A program made the translations under genes and the position numbers. The notes beneath the pieces are model-generated. The model worked only from the letters and a program-made list of their open reading frames with translations. It was not told where the DNA came from and did no database searches. This document shows, piece after piece, positions 1-11,273 of a stretch of 37,475 nt of DNA. The stretch lies in sequence record SRR31156797_6736, one strand, 5' to 3'. The stretch's first letter is position 1. The number at the start of each line of letters is the position of its first letter.

Positions 1-123
1 TCAAATCAGTGCCTAGCCTAAGAGCGAATAAATTCTCGCTGAACAGGCATCTTGAGGTTACTTGGGTATAAAATTAAGTTACTATTCAGCGCATTGTAAG
101 TATTCATTCACAAGGGGGAAGCC

Positions 124-1479
124 ATGGCCGAGCAAATCGAGTTTGACCAAGCACACAATACCCTCCAAGAAATCACAGAAGCATTAGAAAATGGTCGCTT
201 CGTCCATGTTCGTCGACAGCTACAGGACATGGAACCGGAAGATATTGCCCACCTATTAGAGGCATCACCGCGCAAAGCTCGTAGTGTCTTGTGGCAACTG
301 ACCGATCCTGAAGATTACGGTGAAATTCTTGATGAGCTAAACGAAGACGTCAAAGATGCATTAGTGTCTAAGATGGCTCCGGAAAAATTAGCGGAAGCAA
401 CTGAAGGTATGGATACGGATGACGTCGCTTACGTTCTCCGAAGCTTACCGAATGATCTGTCCCGTGAAGTCTTAGACCAGATGGATGCGGCGGATCGCTT
501 ACGCGTCGAAACCGCTCTTTCCTACCCTGAAGATACCGCTGGTGGACTAATGAACACCGACGTTATCACCATTCGTGGTGACGTTGATGTGGACGTTGTC
601 TTACGTTATCTCAGAATGAAAGGGGAACTGCCAGAAACGACTGATGCACTTTATGTAATCGATGCAGAAAGCCGATTGATTGGTCATTTATCGCTAACCT
701 CTCTCATTACCGCACAGGTAGACGTGCCTATTCATGACATCATGGAAGACGCGGATGAAGCGATTAAAGTGGATGCCAAAGACTCTGATATCGCCAGCCT
801 GTTTGAACGCCGTAACTGGGTATCCGCACCGGTCGTCGATGAGAATCAACACTTAGTTGGCCGTATTACCATCGATGACGTGGTGGATGTTATCCGTGAA
901 GACGCAGAACACTCAATGATGAGTATGGCGGGTATGGATGATGACGAAGATACCTTTGCTCCAGCTTTCAAGTCTGCTCGTAAACGCAGTATCTGGTTGG
1001 GCGCTAACGTATTGGCAGCATTAGCCGCAGCATCAGTTTCTAATATGTTCGAAGCGACTCTAGACCAAATGGCCGCCATCGCTGTGTTAATGACGATTGT
1101 CCCTTCAATGGGCGGCGTTGCCGGCAACCAAACCGTTGCACTGGTTATTCGTGGCTTAGCACTGGGTCATATCGGTGACAGTAACAAGCGCGAACTGTTA
1201 CTCAAAGAAGCCGCCATCGGTTTACTCAATGGGGTTTTATGGGCATTAATCATCGGTGCCATTGTGGTTGCGTGGAAAGGCGAATGGATGCTGGGTGGGA
1301 TAATATCTGCAGCCATGATGACGAACCTGTTTGTTGCCGGTGTCGCAGGGGTAATGATTCCTGTATTGCTCAAGAAAATGAATATAGATCCCGCTCTGGC
1401 TGGTGGTATGGCTCTGACGACCATTACTGATGTGGTAGGTTTATCCGTCTTCTTAGGCTTAGCTACGCTCGTTATCTGA
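124..1479 (+). CDS. mgtE: Magnesium transporter MgtE
   Basis: 451 aa; acidic N-domain, tandem CBS region (YPEDTAGGLM...GRITIDDVVD), 5-TM C-terminus with MGGVAGNQT and DPALAGG..TTITD motifs; AAGGGGG SD upstream. Confidence 0.95.
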   Translation: MAEQIEFDQAHNTLQEITEALENGRFVHVRRQLQDMEPEDIAHLLEASPRKARSVLWQLTDPEDYGEILDELNEDVKDALVSKMAPEKLAEATEGMDTDDVAYVLRSLPNDLSREVLDQMDAADRLRVETALSYPEDTAGGLMNTDVITIRGDVDVDVVLRYLRMKGELPETTDALYVIDAESRLIGHLSLTSLITAQVDVPIHDIMEDADEAIKVDAKDSDIASLFERRNWVSAPVVDENQHLVGRITIDDVVDVIREDAEHSMMSMAGMDDDEDTFAPAFKSARKRSIWLGANVLAALAAASVSNMFEATLDQMAAIAVLMTIVPSMGGVAGNQTVALVIRGLALGHIGDSNKRELLLKEAAIGLLNGVLWALIIGAIVVAWKGEWMLGGIISAAMMTNLFVAGVAGVMIPVLLKKMNIDPALAGGMALTTITDVVGLSVFLGLATLVI

Positions 1480-1495
1480 GTTCACTAAATATCAT

Positions 1496-1526
1496 AAAAA
1501 AAGCGCTGATTCTTCAGCGCTTTTTT
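1496..1526. terminator. Bidirectional intrinsic terminator between convergent mgtE and pmbA
   Basis: AAAAAAAGCGCTGA-TTCT-TCAGCGCTTTTTT: GC stem with A and T tracts on both sides. Confidence 0.9.
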
Positions 1527-1552
1527 GTCACTAAACCCGTAAATTAACGTAT

Positions 1553-2896
1553 CTACTCGCCAGCGATTTTCATTGATTCAAGCAGAATAGAACCGGTTTG
1601 AATCTGTGAGCGAGTCTCAACATCACTGCCGACAGCAACGATTTGATTGAACATATCTTTCAAATTACCAGCAATGGTAATTTCAGATACCGGGTATTGA
1701 ATTTCACCATTTTCAACCCAAAAGCCTGCAGCACCACGCGAGTAATCACCGGTTACGATGTTCACGCCTTGCCCCATCACCTCAGTAACCAATAGACCTG
1801 TTCCCAGCTCTTTTAGCATTTGCTCAAAACTTTGACCCGTCGATTTCACAAACCAATTGTGGATACCACCAGCATGGCCAGTTGGAGTCATATCCAGTTT
1901 GCGTGCAGCGTAACTGGTCAGCAAGTAAGTCGCCAAAACACCATCTGTAATGATTTCAGTATCCAGAGTTCTAACCCCTTCGCTATCAAACGGGCTGGAA
2001 GCTAAACCACGCAATACATGAGGACGCTCAGAGACATTAAACCAGCTTGGCAGAACCTGTTTACCAAGATGATCGAGTAAGAAAGAAGACTTACGATATA
2101 AGTTGCCACCACTGATCGCCATCACTAGATGCCCAAGCAATCCTGTCGCAACATCAGCGGCAAACATCACTGGGAACTTGCCCGTTTTCAGTCTTTGGGC
2201 ATCTAAACGACTGACGGTTTTTTCTGCCGCTAACTGACCCACTTTTTCTGGAGCCCACAAGTCATCACAGTGACGAGCAACGGTATAGCTATAGTCGCGT
2301 TCCATTTCACCATTTTTGCCCTGCCCAATCACACAACAGCTAATGCTGTGGCGACTAGAAGCATAACTTCCAAGCAAACCGTGGCTGTTACCGTACACTT
2401 TCACTCCGTAATGGCTGTCATAGCTTGCACCATCACTTTGCTTAATTCTGTCGCTCGAGTCTAAAGCCACCTGCTCTGAAGCAATAGCAATTTTAGCCGC
2501 ACTATCAGGGTCAATTGCATTTGGGTGGAATAGGTCCAAATCTGGGATATCTTGAACCATTAACTCTTTAGGAGCCGGGCCTGAGAAAGGATCTTCCGAA
2601 GTATATTTAGCAATATCCAGTGCTGCTAGAACGGTCTGTTCTATCGCTTTTTCACTTAAATCAGAGGTTGAAGCACTACCTTTACGTTTACCACGATAAA
2701 CCGTAATACCTAAGGCACCATCACTATTAAACTCTACGTTTTCAACTTCACACATACGAGTTGAAACACTTAACCCCGTACTCTTGGTAATGGCAACTTC
2801 TGCCGCATCTGCACTGGCTGATGCCATATCGAGAGCTTTTGCAACAGCGGCTTCAAGTTCTTTGCGCTGCGCAGCGACTTGCTGTTTTACATCCAT
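1553..2896 (-). CDS. pmbA: Metalloprotease PmbA (TldE)
   Basis: 447 aa; [45 protein letters not shown] motifs typical of PmbA; divergent from yjgA as in enterobacteria. Confidence 0.95.
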   Translation of the reverse strand: MDVKQQVAAQRKELEAAVAKALDMASASADAAEVAITKSTGLSVSTRMCEVENVEFNSDGALGITVYRGKRKGSASTSDLSEKAIEQTVLAALDIAKYTSEDPFSGPAPKELMVQDIPDLDLFHPNAIDPDSAAKIAIASEQVALDSSDRIKQSDGASYDSHYGVKVYGNSHGLLGSYASSRHSISCCVIGQGKNGEMERDYSYTVARHCDDLWAPEKVGQLAAEKTVSRLDAQRLKTGKFPVMFAADVATGLLGHLVMAISGGNLYRKSSFLLDHLGKQVLPSWFNVSERPHVLRGLASSPFDSEGVRTLDTEIITDGVLATYLLTSYAARKLDMTPTGHAGGIHNWFVKSTGQSFEQMLKELGTGLLVTEVMGQGVNIVTGDYSRGAAGFWVENGEIQYPVSEITIAGNLKDMFNQIVAVGSDVETRSQIQTGSILLESMKIAGE

Positions 2897-3004
2897 ATCT
2901 GACCCAATCTTTGAACTTTGATTAACTAGGATAACAAGAATTTCGCTTTCTCCCCAAGATTCTTGCTAAAATAGCTGACATATACACCTCAATAGTTGAA
3001 AAAA

Positions 3005-3532
3005 ATGGCGCGTAAAAATCAAAAAGCTCCTTGGGAAGAAGAAGAGGAGATCATTTGGGTTAGTAAAACCGAAATGAAAAACGACATGAACGACTTGCAA
3101 AAGCTGGGCGAAGAACTGGTTGAACTAAAACCAAGCCAGCTTGAGAAGATTCCGATGCCGGAAGACTTGTTCGATGCAATTAAAGATGCACAACGTTTCA
3201 ACAAAGAAGCGAGACGTCGTCAATTGCAGTTCATTGGAAAGCTAATGCGTACTATCGACCCAGACCCCATCCAAGCGGCGCTGGACAAGATTCGTAACAA
3301 GCATTCGCAAAACACTGCAGTACTGCACAAACTCGAGCAGCTGCGTGATCGAATTGTCGAGCAAGGTGACGATGCAATTAGCGAGGCTTTAGAACTTTAT
3401 CCTGAGATCGATCGTCAGCGTATGCGTACTCTTGCCCGTCAGGCGAAGAAAGAGAAAAGTAGTAACAAGCCACCAAAAGCTTCCCGAGAAATTTTTCAGG
3501 TTCTGAAAGAGCACAACGACGAAGCTTTTTAA
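3005..3532 (+). CDS. yjgA: Ribosome biogenesis factor YjgA (DarP, DUF615)
   Basis: [31 protein letters not shown] and [11 protein letters not shown] motifs; ATG at 3005 preferred over TTG at 2996. Confidence 0.92.
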   Translation: MARKNQKAPWEEEEEIIWVSKTEMKNDMNDLQKLGEELVELKPSQLEKIPMPEDLFDAIKDAQRFNKEARRRQLQFIGKLMRTIDPDPIQAALDKIRNKHSQNTAVLHKLEQLRDRIVEQGDDAISEALELYPEIDRQRMRTLARQAKKEKSSNKPPKASREIFQVLKEHNDEAF

Positions 3533-3545
3533 GCCTATGAATTGC

Positions 3546-3572
3546 AAAAGCCTCACTCAGTGAGGCTTTTTT
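3546..3572. terminator. Bidirectional intrinsic terminator between yjgA and thiQ
   Basis: AAAAGCCTCAC-TCA-GTGAGGCTTTTTT. Confidence 0.88.
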
Positions 3573-3573
3573 A

Positions 3574-4278
3574 TTACTCTCCAGCTCTGACAAATTCGCT
3601 CAGCGGTTGATATTCATGTTGCGAAGACAAAGCGCTCACCTCATCAAAAACCTGCACCTTACCTTGCGAAATAAAAGCAAAGTGGGAAGCAATTGCTCGG
3701 GCATCACTCAAGTGGTGCGTCACCATCAATACCGTGATATTGCGCTCTTTCGCTAACCGCTGTACCAGATTTAACATCTCTTCTCGCAGAAGAGGGTCAA
3801 GTGCAGAGAAAGGCTCATCTAACAACCAGATGGAGTGTGGCTGAACGAAACAACGAGCAAGTGCCACACGTTGTCTCTGTCCCCCTGACAATTGGCTGGG
3901 CAAACGGTCAAGAAAAGCGTCAACCCCAACTTGTCGCGCGGCATTTTCTACCTGACGCTTTTGTTCGACGGACAGTTTTAGTCCCGGATTCAGACCTAAC
4001 GAGATATTCTCCCTCACCGTAAGATGAGTAAACAAATTATGCTCTTGGAATAGCATAGAAAAAGGTCTTTCAAACGGCTCTTTACCTACGACTGAACAAT
4101 CGGCGACTCTGATATCGCCCTGTCGTGGCTCGATAAATCCTGCAACCAAACTTAACAGCGTTGATTTTCCCGCACCGCTAGGCCCCATTAGCGAAACGAT
4201 CGCCCCTGCTGGAACATCAAGACAAAACTCGAACCATTCCTGATGATATTCATAACGTACGTTTTCTAATACCAGCAT
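3574..4278 (-). CDS. thiQ: Thiamine ABC transporter ATP-binding protein
   Basis: Walker A GPSGAGKST, LFQEHNLF, LSGGQRQRVALAR, LLDEPFSALDP; last gene of a TPP-riboswitch operon. Confidence 0.93.
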   Translation of the reverse strand: MLVLENVRYEYHQEWFEFCLDVPAGAIVSLMGPSGAGKSTLLSLVAGFIEPRQGDIRVADCSVVGKEPFERPFSMLFQEHNLFTHLTVRENISLGLNPGLKLSVEQKRQVENAARQVGVDAFLDRLPSQLSGGQRQRVALARCFVQPHSIWLLDEPFSALDPLLREEMLNLVQRLAKERNITVLMVTHHLSDARAIASHFAFISQGKVQVFDEVSALSSQHEYQPLSEFVRAGE

Positions 4279-5870
4279 TAAAGACCTCTAGACGAATGCG
4301 CTTTAAACAATTTTTCGATTACAGTAAAACATCCCACACTCAGTATTAACAGAGTGAGGGAGACCACTGCTGCCGACTGCATTTGATAACTGCCTAACAA
4401 CTGAAACAGATACAATGGTAAGGTTCTGAAGTCCTGGCTACCAAACAGTGCAATAGCGCTTAAATCGCCCATCGACAGCAAGAAACTGATCGCGAAAGCA
4501 TGGGCTATCGGTTTGCTCAGAGCTCGCCCTTCAATAATTTTGAAACGCTGCCAGCCACGAACGCCGAGTGATGAACTCAGGTATTGATACTGCTGCTCTA
4601 TTTGCAGTAGTGGCTGGGCGAGAGTTTTCAATACATAGGGTAACGCCATTAAACCATTCACCGTCACCACGACCCAAAAGGCAAAACCAAACGCATCCGT
4701 AACACTGCGAAGGAGCAAAAATAGTCCTGTACTTACCACGAGTCCGGGTGTGACCAAAATAATCATACCGGACAGTTCCAGTGCGTTAGCTGTGTTGTTG
4801 TTATCACGAATGCGCCACCAGCGGGTCGTCAACAAAATAGACACACCAGCAGCCAGAGCAATGGCACTCGCCAACGTTGCCACCTGAAATGACGCCGACA
4901 ACGCATGCCAGAACTTACTATCCGACAACACCGTCACCACGTTGGCGTTCAAACCGCTAATCACGACCATCAACAATGGCGGAACCACCAGTAAGATAAC
5001 AAAGGCAATCCACAACCAGTCCCAGCAGCGCGCTTTTACGCTATCTCGGCTGACGACATAGTCAGCAGTGATATTTCCAGCCGCCACCTCGACAGGCTTG
5101 GCTAAGCGCTGTATTGATAGATATAAAACACTGCAAAGCAGCATTTGCCACAGAGCTAATAACGCTCCGGCTTGAAGATCAAAATCAAACTTGATCGCCT
5201 GATAAATGGCCAGTTCAATCGTTGTTGCTTTGGGCCCGCCGCCCAATGCCATCACCGTGGCAAAGCTGGTAAAGCAGAGCATAAAGACCAAGCCGCAAAC
5301 ATGGGGAAGCTGCTGACGCAGACGCGGCCATTCCACCCATTTAAATTTATCCCAGTGACTCATGCCTAAATGAGCACACAACTTATGTTGCTCTTCAGGA
5401 ATGGATTCCAGTGCTTGTAACAACAACCGACTGGCATAAGGAAGATTGAAAAAGAAATGAGCGAGCAGTATTCCGTTCAAACCATAGATAGAAAAAGGCA
5501 GTTTAGCATCCAGCCAACCTAACATCGTAGCCAATAACCCACTGTTACCATATATCGCCAGCAAGCCAAAAACGCCGACAAGAACCGGCAATACTAACGT
5601 TGTAGCAAATAACTTAATCAGTAGCGTTCGGCCAAAGAAACGTCTTCGATACAAAGCATGCGATACTGGGATAGCAAAGCCAACACTCAGAATCATCGAA
5701 AGGCTCGCCTGATAGAAACTGAACTGAGTGACATGTCGGTAATAAGGATCTTGCCACACCTGAACAAAATTCAGGCTTGGAGCATGCATCAACAAAGCGG
5801 CAAGGGCAGAAACAACAAAGGCCACGACGATTGCCGCGACCCCAATGCCTATTCTTGGAACAGAATTCAA
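4278..5870 (-). CDS. thiP: Thiamine ABC transporter permease
   Basis: 530 aa duplicated permease; FTSFATVMALGGGP.ATTIELAIYQA and FGSQDFRTLP motifs; stop overlaps the thiQ start (TAATG). Confidence 0.93.
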   Translation of the reverse strand: MNSVPRIGIGVAAIVVAFVVSALAALLMHAPSLNFVQVWQDPYYRHVTQFSFYQASLSMILSVGFAIPVSHALYRRRFFGRTLLIKLFATTLVLPVLVGVFGLLAIYGNSGLLATMLGWLDAKLPFSIYGLNGILLAHFFFNLPYASRLLLQALESIPEEQHKLCAHLGMSHWDKFKWVEWPRLRQQLPHVCGLVFMLCFTSFATVMALGGGPKATTIELAIYQAIKFDFDLQAGALLALWQMLLCSVLYLSIQRLAKPVEVAAGNITADYVVSRDSVKARCWDWLWIAFVILLVVPPLLMVVISGLNANVVTVLSDSKFWHALSASFQVATLASAIALAAGVSILLTTRWWRIRDNNNTANALELSGMIILVTPGLVVSTGLFLLLRSVTDAFGFAFWVVVTVNGLMALPYVLKTLAQPLLQIEQQYQYLSSSLGVRGWQRFKIIEGRALSKPIAHAFAISFLLSMGDLSAIALFGSQDFRTLPLYLFQLLGSYQMQSAAVVSLTLLILSVGCFTVIEKLFKAHSSRGL

Positions 5871-5883
5871 CGCTCTCTACACC

Positions 5884-6891
5884 TTAAAATGTCAGTGCGT
5901 TCTGCCACTCACGAATCCAAGCTTTACGCTCGCTTGCGACTTCTTCAGCACTAAAGCTCAAAGCTTTATTCGGCACAGCAAGAGTGCTAAAGCCTTCTGG
6001 CAGTTGAGTATTGGTAACAGGGTACATCCAGTTCCCCGTAGGAATGACCGTCTGGAACTCGTCGCTTAAAATAAAGCTCATAAAGTCATCGGCCAGCTTT
6101 TGGTTGTGACTTGATTTTACTTTCGCAGCCACTTCTACTTGCATGTAATGACCTTCAGCGAAGTTCGCTGTTGCATATTTCGCATCATTTTCAGCGATCA
6201 GGTGGTAAGCAGGAGATGTTGTGTATGAAAGCACTAAATCAGACTCGCCTTTCAGGAACATAGAGTAAGCTTCTGACCAGCCTTTGGTGACCGTGACCGT
6301 CTTCTTCGCCAATTGCTTCCACGCATCACTAGCATCTTCACCGTATACAGACTTCATCCAAAGCAGTAGGCCCTGACCCGGTGTCGAAGTACGAGGATCT
6401 TGGTAGATAACTTTGAGATCGTCACGCTTTTCAACCAGCTCTTTTAGGCTCGCAGGTGGGTTAGCTAAAGTCTCTTTATTGTAAACAAAAGCAAAATAGC
6501 CGTAGTCATAAGGAACGAAAGTATCGTCACTCCAGCCATTCGGTAACGTAACCGCTTTAGTATCAACCGAATGTTCAGCCAACAAACCCGTTTGTTTTGC
6601 CTCTACCATTAGATTGTTATCTAAACCCAAAACGATGTCCGCTTTGGTTTTGTCACCTTCCAGACGAAGACGATTGAGGATAGAAACACCATCATCTAAA
6701 GCAACAAACTTTAAATCGCAGCCACATTGAGCTTCAAACGCTTTTTCAATCGCAGGACCTGGGCCCCATTCAGCAGCAAAAGAGTCGTAAGTGTAAACAG
6801 TAAGAGTGTTGTCCGCAGCGAACGCTACGCTAGATGATGTTGTAATAAAAGAAAAAGTTGCCAAAGCAATGGCAGATAGTTTTAAGTTCAA
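5884..6891 (-). CDS. thiB: Thiamine ABC transporter periplasmic binding protein (ThiB/TbpA)
   Basis: LTVYTYDSFAAEWGPGP, YQDPRTSTPGQG, SYTTSPAYH, IPTGNWMYP motifs; TTG start at 6891 chosen because AGAGGAG SD precedes it and a signal peptide follows. Confidence 0.93.
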   Translation of the reverse strand: MNLKLSAIALATFSFITTSSSVAFAADNTLTVYTYDSFAAEWGPGPAIEKAFEAQCGCDLKFVALDDGVSILNRLRLEGDKTKADIVLGLDNNLMVEAKQTGLLAEHSVDTKAVTLPNGWSDDTFVPYDYGYFAFVYNKETLANPPASLKELVEKRDDLKVIYQDPRTSTPGQGLLLWMKSVYGEDASDAWKQLAKKTVTVTKGWSEAYSMFLKGESDLVLSYTTSPAYHLIAENDAKYATANFAEGHYMQVEVAAKVKSSHNQKLADDFMSFILSDEFQTVIPTGNWMYPVTNTQLPEGFSTLAVPNKALSFSAEEVASERKAWIREWQNALTF

Positions 6892-6964
6892 GGCTCGCTC
6901 TCCTCTGAGCGGCACAGGCTTGAGGGAGGACAGAATAATCCGTGATTCGGCTATAACATTCCCA

Positions 6965-7100
6965 ACTCAATTCCTACGCCAGCATTATCTGGTTCAGGTT
7001 AAATACCAATGCCAGAAATTGACTGACATTGGACTGCGGGTCCCAAGCTTGGCTTGATCTCAGCGCCATTCATGCGATGAATGGGTAGCTCCCCGAGAGT
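6965..7100 (-). ncRNA. TPP riboswitch (THI element) upstream of thiBPQ
   Basis: Minus strand reads ACTCTCGGGGAGC...GCTGAGA...GACCCG...AACCTGAACCAGATAATGCTGGCGTAGGAATTGAGT, with the conserved CUGAGA, CCUGA and AUAAUGC.GGCGUAGG elements; downstream TCCTC can pair with the thiB SD GAGGA. Confidence 0.93.
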
Positions 7101-7136
7101 AGAGCAGATTGTAAAGGTAAATAGCCTAATTAGCTA

Positions 7137-7757
7137 CTATGCCCGTTGGTCATATCCCCAACGCGGCACTAAAGTTTGCTCAATGCCTAAATGATCGAGA
7201 ATGCGCGCAACCATGAAATCAATCAAATCATCAATACATTTCGGTTGATGATAAAAACCCGGAGCTGCTGGCATAATCGTGACACCCATTTGTGATAGCT
7301 TGTGCATGTTTTCCAAATGTAGGGTCGAAAATGGGGTTTCTCGCACCACGAGCAATAACTGACCGCGCTCTTTCATCACCACATCTGCGGCTCGCTCTAT
7401 CAGGTTATCCGACATGCCATGAGCAATTGCCGCAACACTTCCGGTAGAACACGGACAAACAATCATCTGCTTAGGTGCAGCCGATCCTGAAGCAACGGGT
7501 GAAAACCAATCTTCTTTGCCACACACTATCAACTTGTCTGCATCACACTGCAGGTGCTCAACGAGTTTCGCTTTCGCCGCATCAGGCCCACTTGGCAATT
7601 TTAGCTCATGCTCCGTCGCCAAAACCACCCGCGCTGCGGATGAAATAAGCAAATAAACGGTATAGTCCGCAGCCAATAGGCATTGAAGCAAACGCAGACC
7701 ATAAGGCGCACCAGAAGCGCCCGTCCAAGCTAAGGTAATACTTTTCTTCTGACTCAT
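7137..7757 (-). CDS. ubiX: Flavin prenyltransferase UbiX
   Basis: [40 protein letters not shown] motifs; real start at 7757 (MSQKK) overlaps the mpl stop (TAATG). Confidence 0.93.
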   Translation of the reverse strand: MSQKKSITLAWTGASGAPYGLRLLQCLLAADYTVYLLISSAARVVLATEHELKLPSGPDAAKAKLVEHLQCDADKLIVCGKEDWFSPVASGSAAPKQMIVCPCSTGSVAAIAHGMSDNLIERAADVVMKERGQLLLVVRETPFSTLHLENMHKLSQMGVTIMPAAPGFYHQPKCIDDLIDFMVARILDHLGIEQTLVPRWGYDQRA

Positions 7758-9118
7758 TATGATTGTTTCGCTTTTAATGCAGTGAGTAGCTTGTCGTGAA
7801 TGCCATAAAATCCACCGTTGCTCATCACAAGGATTTGATCGCCTATTTGCGCTTCTGCACAAATCATAGCAACAAACTGGTCAATGTTATCGTGCGTATA
7901 AGCGGGTTGTGTGCATTGCTCTGCAACATCCTGTACCGACCAAGGAATCGATTCTGGCTGGAACAGGTAAACTGAATCCGCTTGTTGCAAGGATTTTGCT
8001 AACGCTTCTTTATGCACACCAAGTTTCATCGTTGCAGAACGAGGCTCTAACACGGCAATAATTTTATTATCACCGACTTTGTTACGTAAGCCACCTAATG
8101 TCAGTTCGATAGCGGTGGGATGATGAGCGAAATCATCATAAACGGTGATGCCCTGCTCTTCACCCTTGAGCTCAAGACGACGCTTGGTGTTGATAAAACT
8201 GCCTAACGCTTCGCAAGCCAAATCCGGAGTAACGCCGACATGGCGCGCTGCAGCCACTGCCATTAAAGCGTTATTGACGTTATGATCACCGACAAGATCC
8301 CATTTAACCGTTCCAACCTGAGTATTTTGGAACAGCACATGAAATTCAGAGCCATCTTTGGTGGTTTTTTCCGCTTTCCAATCTGCATTTTCACCGCTAA
8401 ATTCGGTTTCACTCCAGCATCCACGCTGTAAAACATCGTTTAATGCGTCATCTTGCAGAGGAGAAAAGATACGACCATTACCTGGTACAGTTCTCACTAA
8501 ATGGTGAAATTGCCGCTTGATCGACTCAAGATCATCGAAGATATCCGCATGATCGAACTCTAGATTGTTCATGACTAAAGTTCTTGGGTGGTAATGAACA
8601 AACTTAGAACGCTTATCGAAAAAAGCACTGTCATATTCATCCGCTTCCACAACAAAAAACATGCTTTCCCCTAAACGGGCTGATATTCCGAAATTACCAA
8701 GCACACCACCGACTAAGAAGCCGGGCTGGTATCCGCAATGTTCCAGTATCCAAGCAAGCATGCTGGAAGTGGTCGTTTTACCGTGAGTTCCCGATACAGC
8801 GAGAACCCAACGATCATGTAATAAAAATTCCTGTAACCATTGTGGTCCTGAGATGTATTTCAGGTTGTGATTAAGCATGTATTCAACACAAGGGTTGCCA
8901 CGACTCATTGCGTTACCAACCACCACCAAGTCAGGCCTTGGCTCAAATTGGGCAGGGTCAAAACCTTCGATAATTTCGATGCCTTGCGACTCAAGCATGG
9001 TGCTCATCGGCGGGTAAACATTGGCATCACTACCGGTAACTTTGTGCCCTAATTGGCGAGCCAGCATTGCGACACCACCCATGAATGTGCCACAAATTCC
9101 CAAGATATGAATATGCAT
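7757..9118 (-). CDS. mpl: Murein peptide ligase Mpl (UDP-MurNAc:L-Ala-gamma-D-Glu-mDAP ligase)
   Basis: [15 protein letters not shown] start, [34 protein letters not shown]; divergent from fbp. Confidence 0.96.
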   Translation of the reverse strand: MHIHILGICGTFMGGVAMLARQLGHKVTGSDANVYPPMSTMLESQGIEIIEGFDPAQFEPRPDLVVVGNAMSRGNPCVEYMLNHNLKYISGPQWLQEFLLHDRWVLAVSGTHGKTTTSSMLAWILEHCGYQPGFLVGGVLGNFGISARLGESMFFVVEADEYDSAFFDKRSKFVHYHPRTLVMNNLEFDHADIFDDLESIKRQFHHLVRTVPGNGRIFSPLQDDALNDVLQRGCWSETEFSGENADWKAEKTTKDGSEFHVLFQNTQVGTVKWDLVGDHNVNNALMAVAAARHVGVTPDLACEALGSFINTKRRLELKGEEQGITVYDDFAHHPTAIELTLGGLRNKVGDNKIIAVLEPRSATMKLGVHKEALAKSLQQADSVYLFQPESIPWSVQDVAEQCTQPAYTHDNIDQFVAMICAEAQIGDQILVMSNGGFYGIHDKLLTALKAKQS

Positions 9119-9378
9119 AAAGCTTAATCTCTTCATCACTTTATTGTATGGCTTCCCATTATCCTGATTCGCATCGTAAAAGCGAGCATCGTGAATCAGA
9201 GCAATGTAATTAAGAAAAGTATGACAATAAAAATGAGAGGTTCGTCCGTTACTTCATTACCCGTAAAAAGATAAAAGACCTAAAATTTCAACGGGTACGC
9301 GTGTTTACATAAGTTCCGTTAGAGAACATCCCACGGTCCCACCTAAATCCCCCCAAAAAATAGTGTTAAGGAAATTAC

Positions 9379-10395
9379 ATGTCTGAGATGCGCACCCTTG
9401 GTGAATTCATCGTTGAGAAACAACATGACTTCCCACATGCGAGTGGTGAACTGTCCTCCTTATTAGCTTCAATTCGTCTAGCGGCCAAGATAGTGAACCG
9501 TGAAATCAACAAGGCTGGTCTTGCTGATATTACTGGTGCGTCTGGTCAGGACAACATTCAAGGTGAGGAACAACAAAAACTCGATCTGTATGCGAATGAA
9601 AAATTCAAAGCAGCTTTAGAAGCTCGAGATCAAGTTTGTGGCGTTGCTAGTGAAGAAGAAGATGAAGCGGTTGCTTTTAATAAAGAGCTAAATAGAAATG
9701 CAAAATACGTCGTTCTGATGGATCCGCTGGATGGCTCATCGAACATTGATGTAAACGTATCTGTCGGTACGATTTTCTCAATCTATCGTCGTATTTCTCC
9801 TGTTGGTGGACCACCGACTGCAGAAGACTTCCTTCAACCAGGTAGTCAACAGGTGGCAGCAGGCTATGTAATTTATGGTTCCTCAACCATGCTTGTGTAC
9901 ACCACAGGTAATGGTGTGAATGGCTTTACTTACGACCCATCGATCGGTTCGTTCTGTCTATCACATGAGAGCATGCGTATTCCAGACAACGGTAAAATCT
10001 ACTCAATTAACGAAGGTAACTACATTCGTTTCCCAACTGGTGTGAAAAAATACATTAAATTCTGCCAAGAAAACGTACCTGAAGATAACCGCCCATATAC
10101 ATCGCGTTACATCGGCTCTCTGGTTGCAGATTTCCACCGTAACCTGTTAAAAGGCGGCATCTACATGTACCCAAGTACAGAAAGCCACCCTAACGGTAAA
10201 CTGCGCTTACTTTACGAATGTAACCCTATTGCGTTCTTAATGGAGCAAGCCGGTGGTACAGCCTCTGATGGCAAAAACCGCATCATGGATATTAAGCCAA
10301 CAGAATTACACCAACGTGTCCCTTTCTTTGTTGGGTCATCAAGCATGGTGGAAAAAGTCGAAGGCTTTATCGAGCAGTATCCTGACGAGCAATAA
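9379..10395 (+). CDS. fbp: Fructose-1,6-bisphosphatase class 1
   Basis: [48 protein letters not shown] motifs. Confidence 0.97.
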   Translation: MSEMRTLGEFIVEKQHDFPHASGELSSLLASIRLAAKIVNREINKAGLADITGASGQDNIQGEEQQKLDLYANEKFKAALEARDQVCGVASEEEDEAVAFNKELNRNAKYVVLMDPLDGSSNIDVNVSVGTIFSIYRRISPVGGPPTAEDFLQPGSQQVAAGYVIYGSSTMLVYTTGNGVNGFTYDPSIGSFCLSHESMRIPDNGKIYSINEGNYIRFPTGVKKYIKFCQENVPEDNRPYTSRYIGSLVADFHRNLLKGGIYMYPSTESHPNGKLRLLYECNPIAFLMEQAGGTASDGKNRIMDIKPTELHQRVPFFVGSSSMVEKVEGFIEQYPDEQ

Positions 10396-10409
10396 CACTC
10401 TCGTTACTG

Positions 10410-10435
10410 AAGCGCCGTATCGCGGCGCTTTTTTT
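10410..10435 (+). terminator. Intrinsic terminator after fbp
   Basis: AAGCGCCG-TATCG-CGGCGCTT followed by a T run. Confidence 0.85.
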
Positions 10436-10680
10436 ATTGTCGGTTTTCCCTATGATTTGATAGAAACAGACCTCTTCACATTACTTGAGCAAAGTTTCAG
10501 TCACTTAGACGAAATTTGACCTACAATTTCTTCAATTAGACTTAGGTGTGCTTGGGGATCGACTCATTTACGGGTAAACTCTAGCCTTTGTAATGTGGTA
10601 ACAACTGTCTGTTGCCTCATAACACGCATAACAATAAGTCTTGATTCTTTGAAGTCCGGCTAACGAAAAGGAAACCTTTA

Positions 10681-11211
10681 ATGAGCTTAAACAATGTGCC
10701 AGCAGGCAAATCTCTTCCAGACGATATCTACGTTATCATCGAAATCCCAGCTAACGCAGACCCAATCAAATACGAAGTAGACAAAGATTCTGGCGCTGTA
10801 TTCGTAGACCGTTTCATGTCTGCTCCTATGTTCTACCCATGTAACTACGGTTACGTGAACCACACTCTATCTCTAGATGGTGACCCAGTAGACGTACTAG
10901 TACCAACTCCACACCCACTAATGCCTGGCTCTGTAATCCGTTGCCGTCCAGTAGGCGTTCTTAAGATGAGTGACGAGTCTGGTGAAGATGCGAAAGTTAT
11001 CGCGGTACCACACGAGAAACTGTCTAAAGAATACAACCACATTCAAGATGTGAACGACCTTCCAGAGCTTCTTAAAGCGCAAATCACTCACTTCTTCGAG
11101 CGTTACAAAGACCTTGAAGCTGGTAAGTGGGTTAAGGTTGATGGTTGGGAAGATGCTGCAGCAGCTCGTGAAGAGATCAAAACTTCATACGAACGCGCAC
11201 AACAAAAATAA
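10681..11211 (+). CDS. ppa: Inorganic pyrophosphatase (family I)
   Basis: [27 protein letters not shown] motifs; high-expression codon bias. Confidence 0.97.
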   Translation: MSLNNVPAGKSLPDDIYVIIEIPANADPIKYEVDKDSGAVFVDRFMSAPMFYPCNYGYVNHTLSLDGDPVDVLVPTPHPLMPGSVIRCRPVGVLKMSDESGEDAKVIAVPHEKLSKEYNHIQDVNDLPELLKAQITHFFERYKDLEAGKWVKVDGWEDAAAAREEIKTSYERAQQK

Positions 11212-11228
11212 TTGCTTCTGCAACAGTC

Positions 11229-11256
11229 AAAAAAGCCAGCAAATGCTGGCTTTTTT
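11229..11256. terminator. Bidirectional intrinsic terminator after ppa
   Basis: AAAAAAGCCAGCA-AA-TGCTGGCTTTTTT. Confidence 0.88.
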
Positions 11257-11273
11257 ATTATTTGAATGATGAC

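Noticed and set aside
1-123. Possible Mg-sensing leader (M-box or mgtL-like) before mgtE
   Set aside because: Only short hairpins seen, no recognisable consensus, and the region is truncated by the window edge
7758-7862. 35-aa N-terminal extension of ubiX
   Set aside because: Overlaps mpl out of frame; UbiX homology begins at Met 7757
10253-10519. 88-aa ORF spanning the fbp end
   Set aside because: Overlaps fbp out of frame and crosses its terminator
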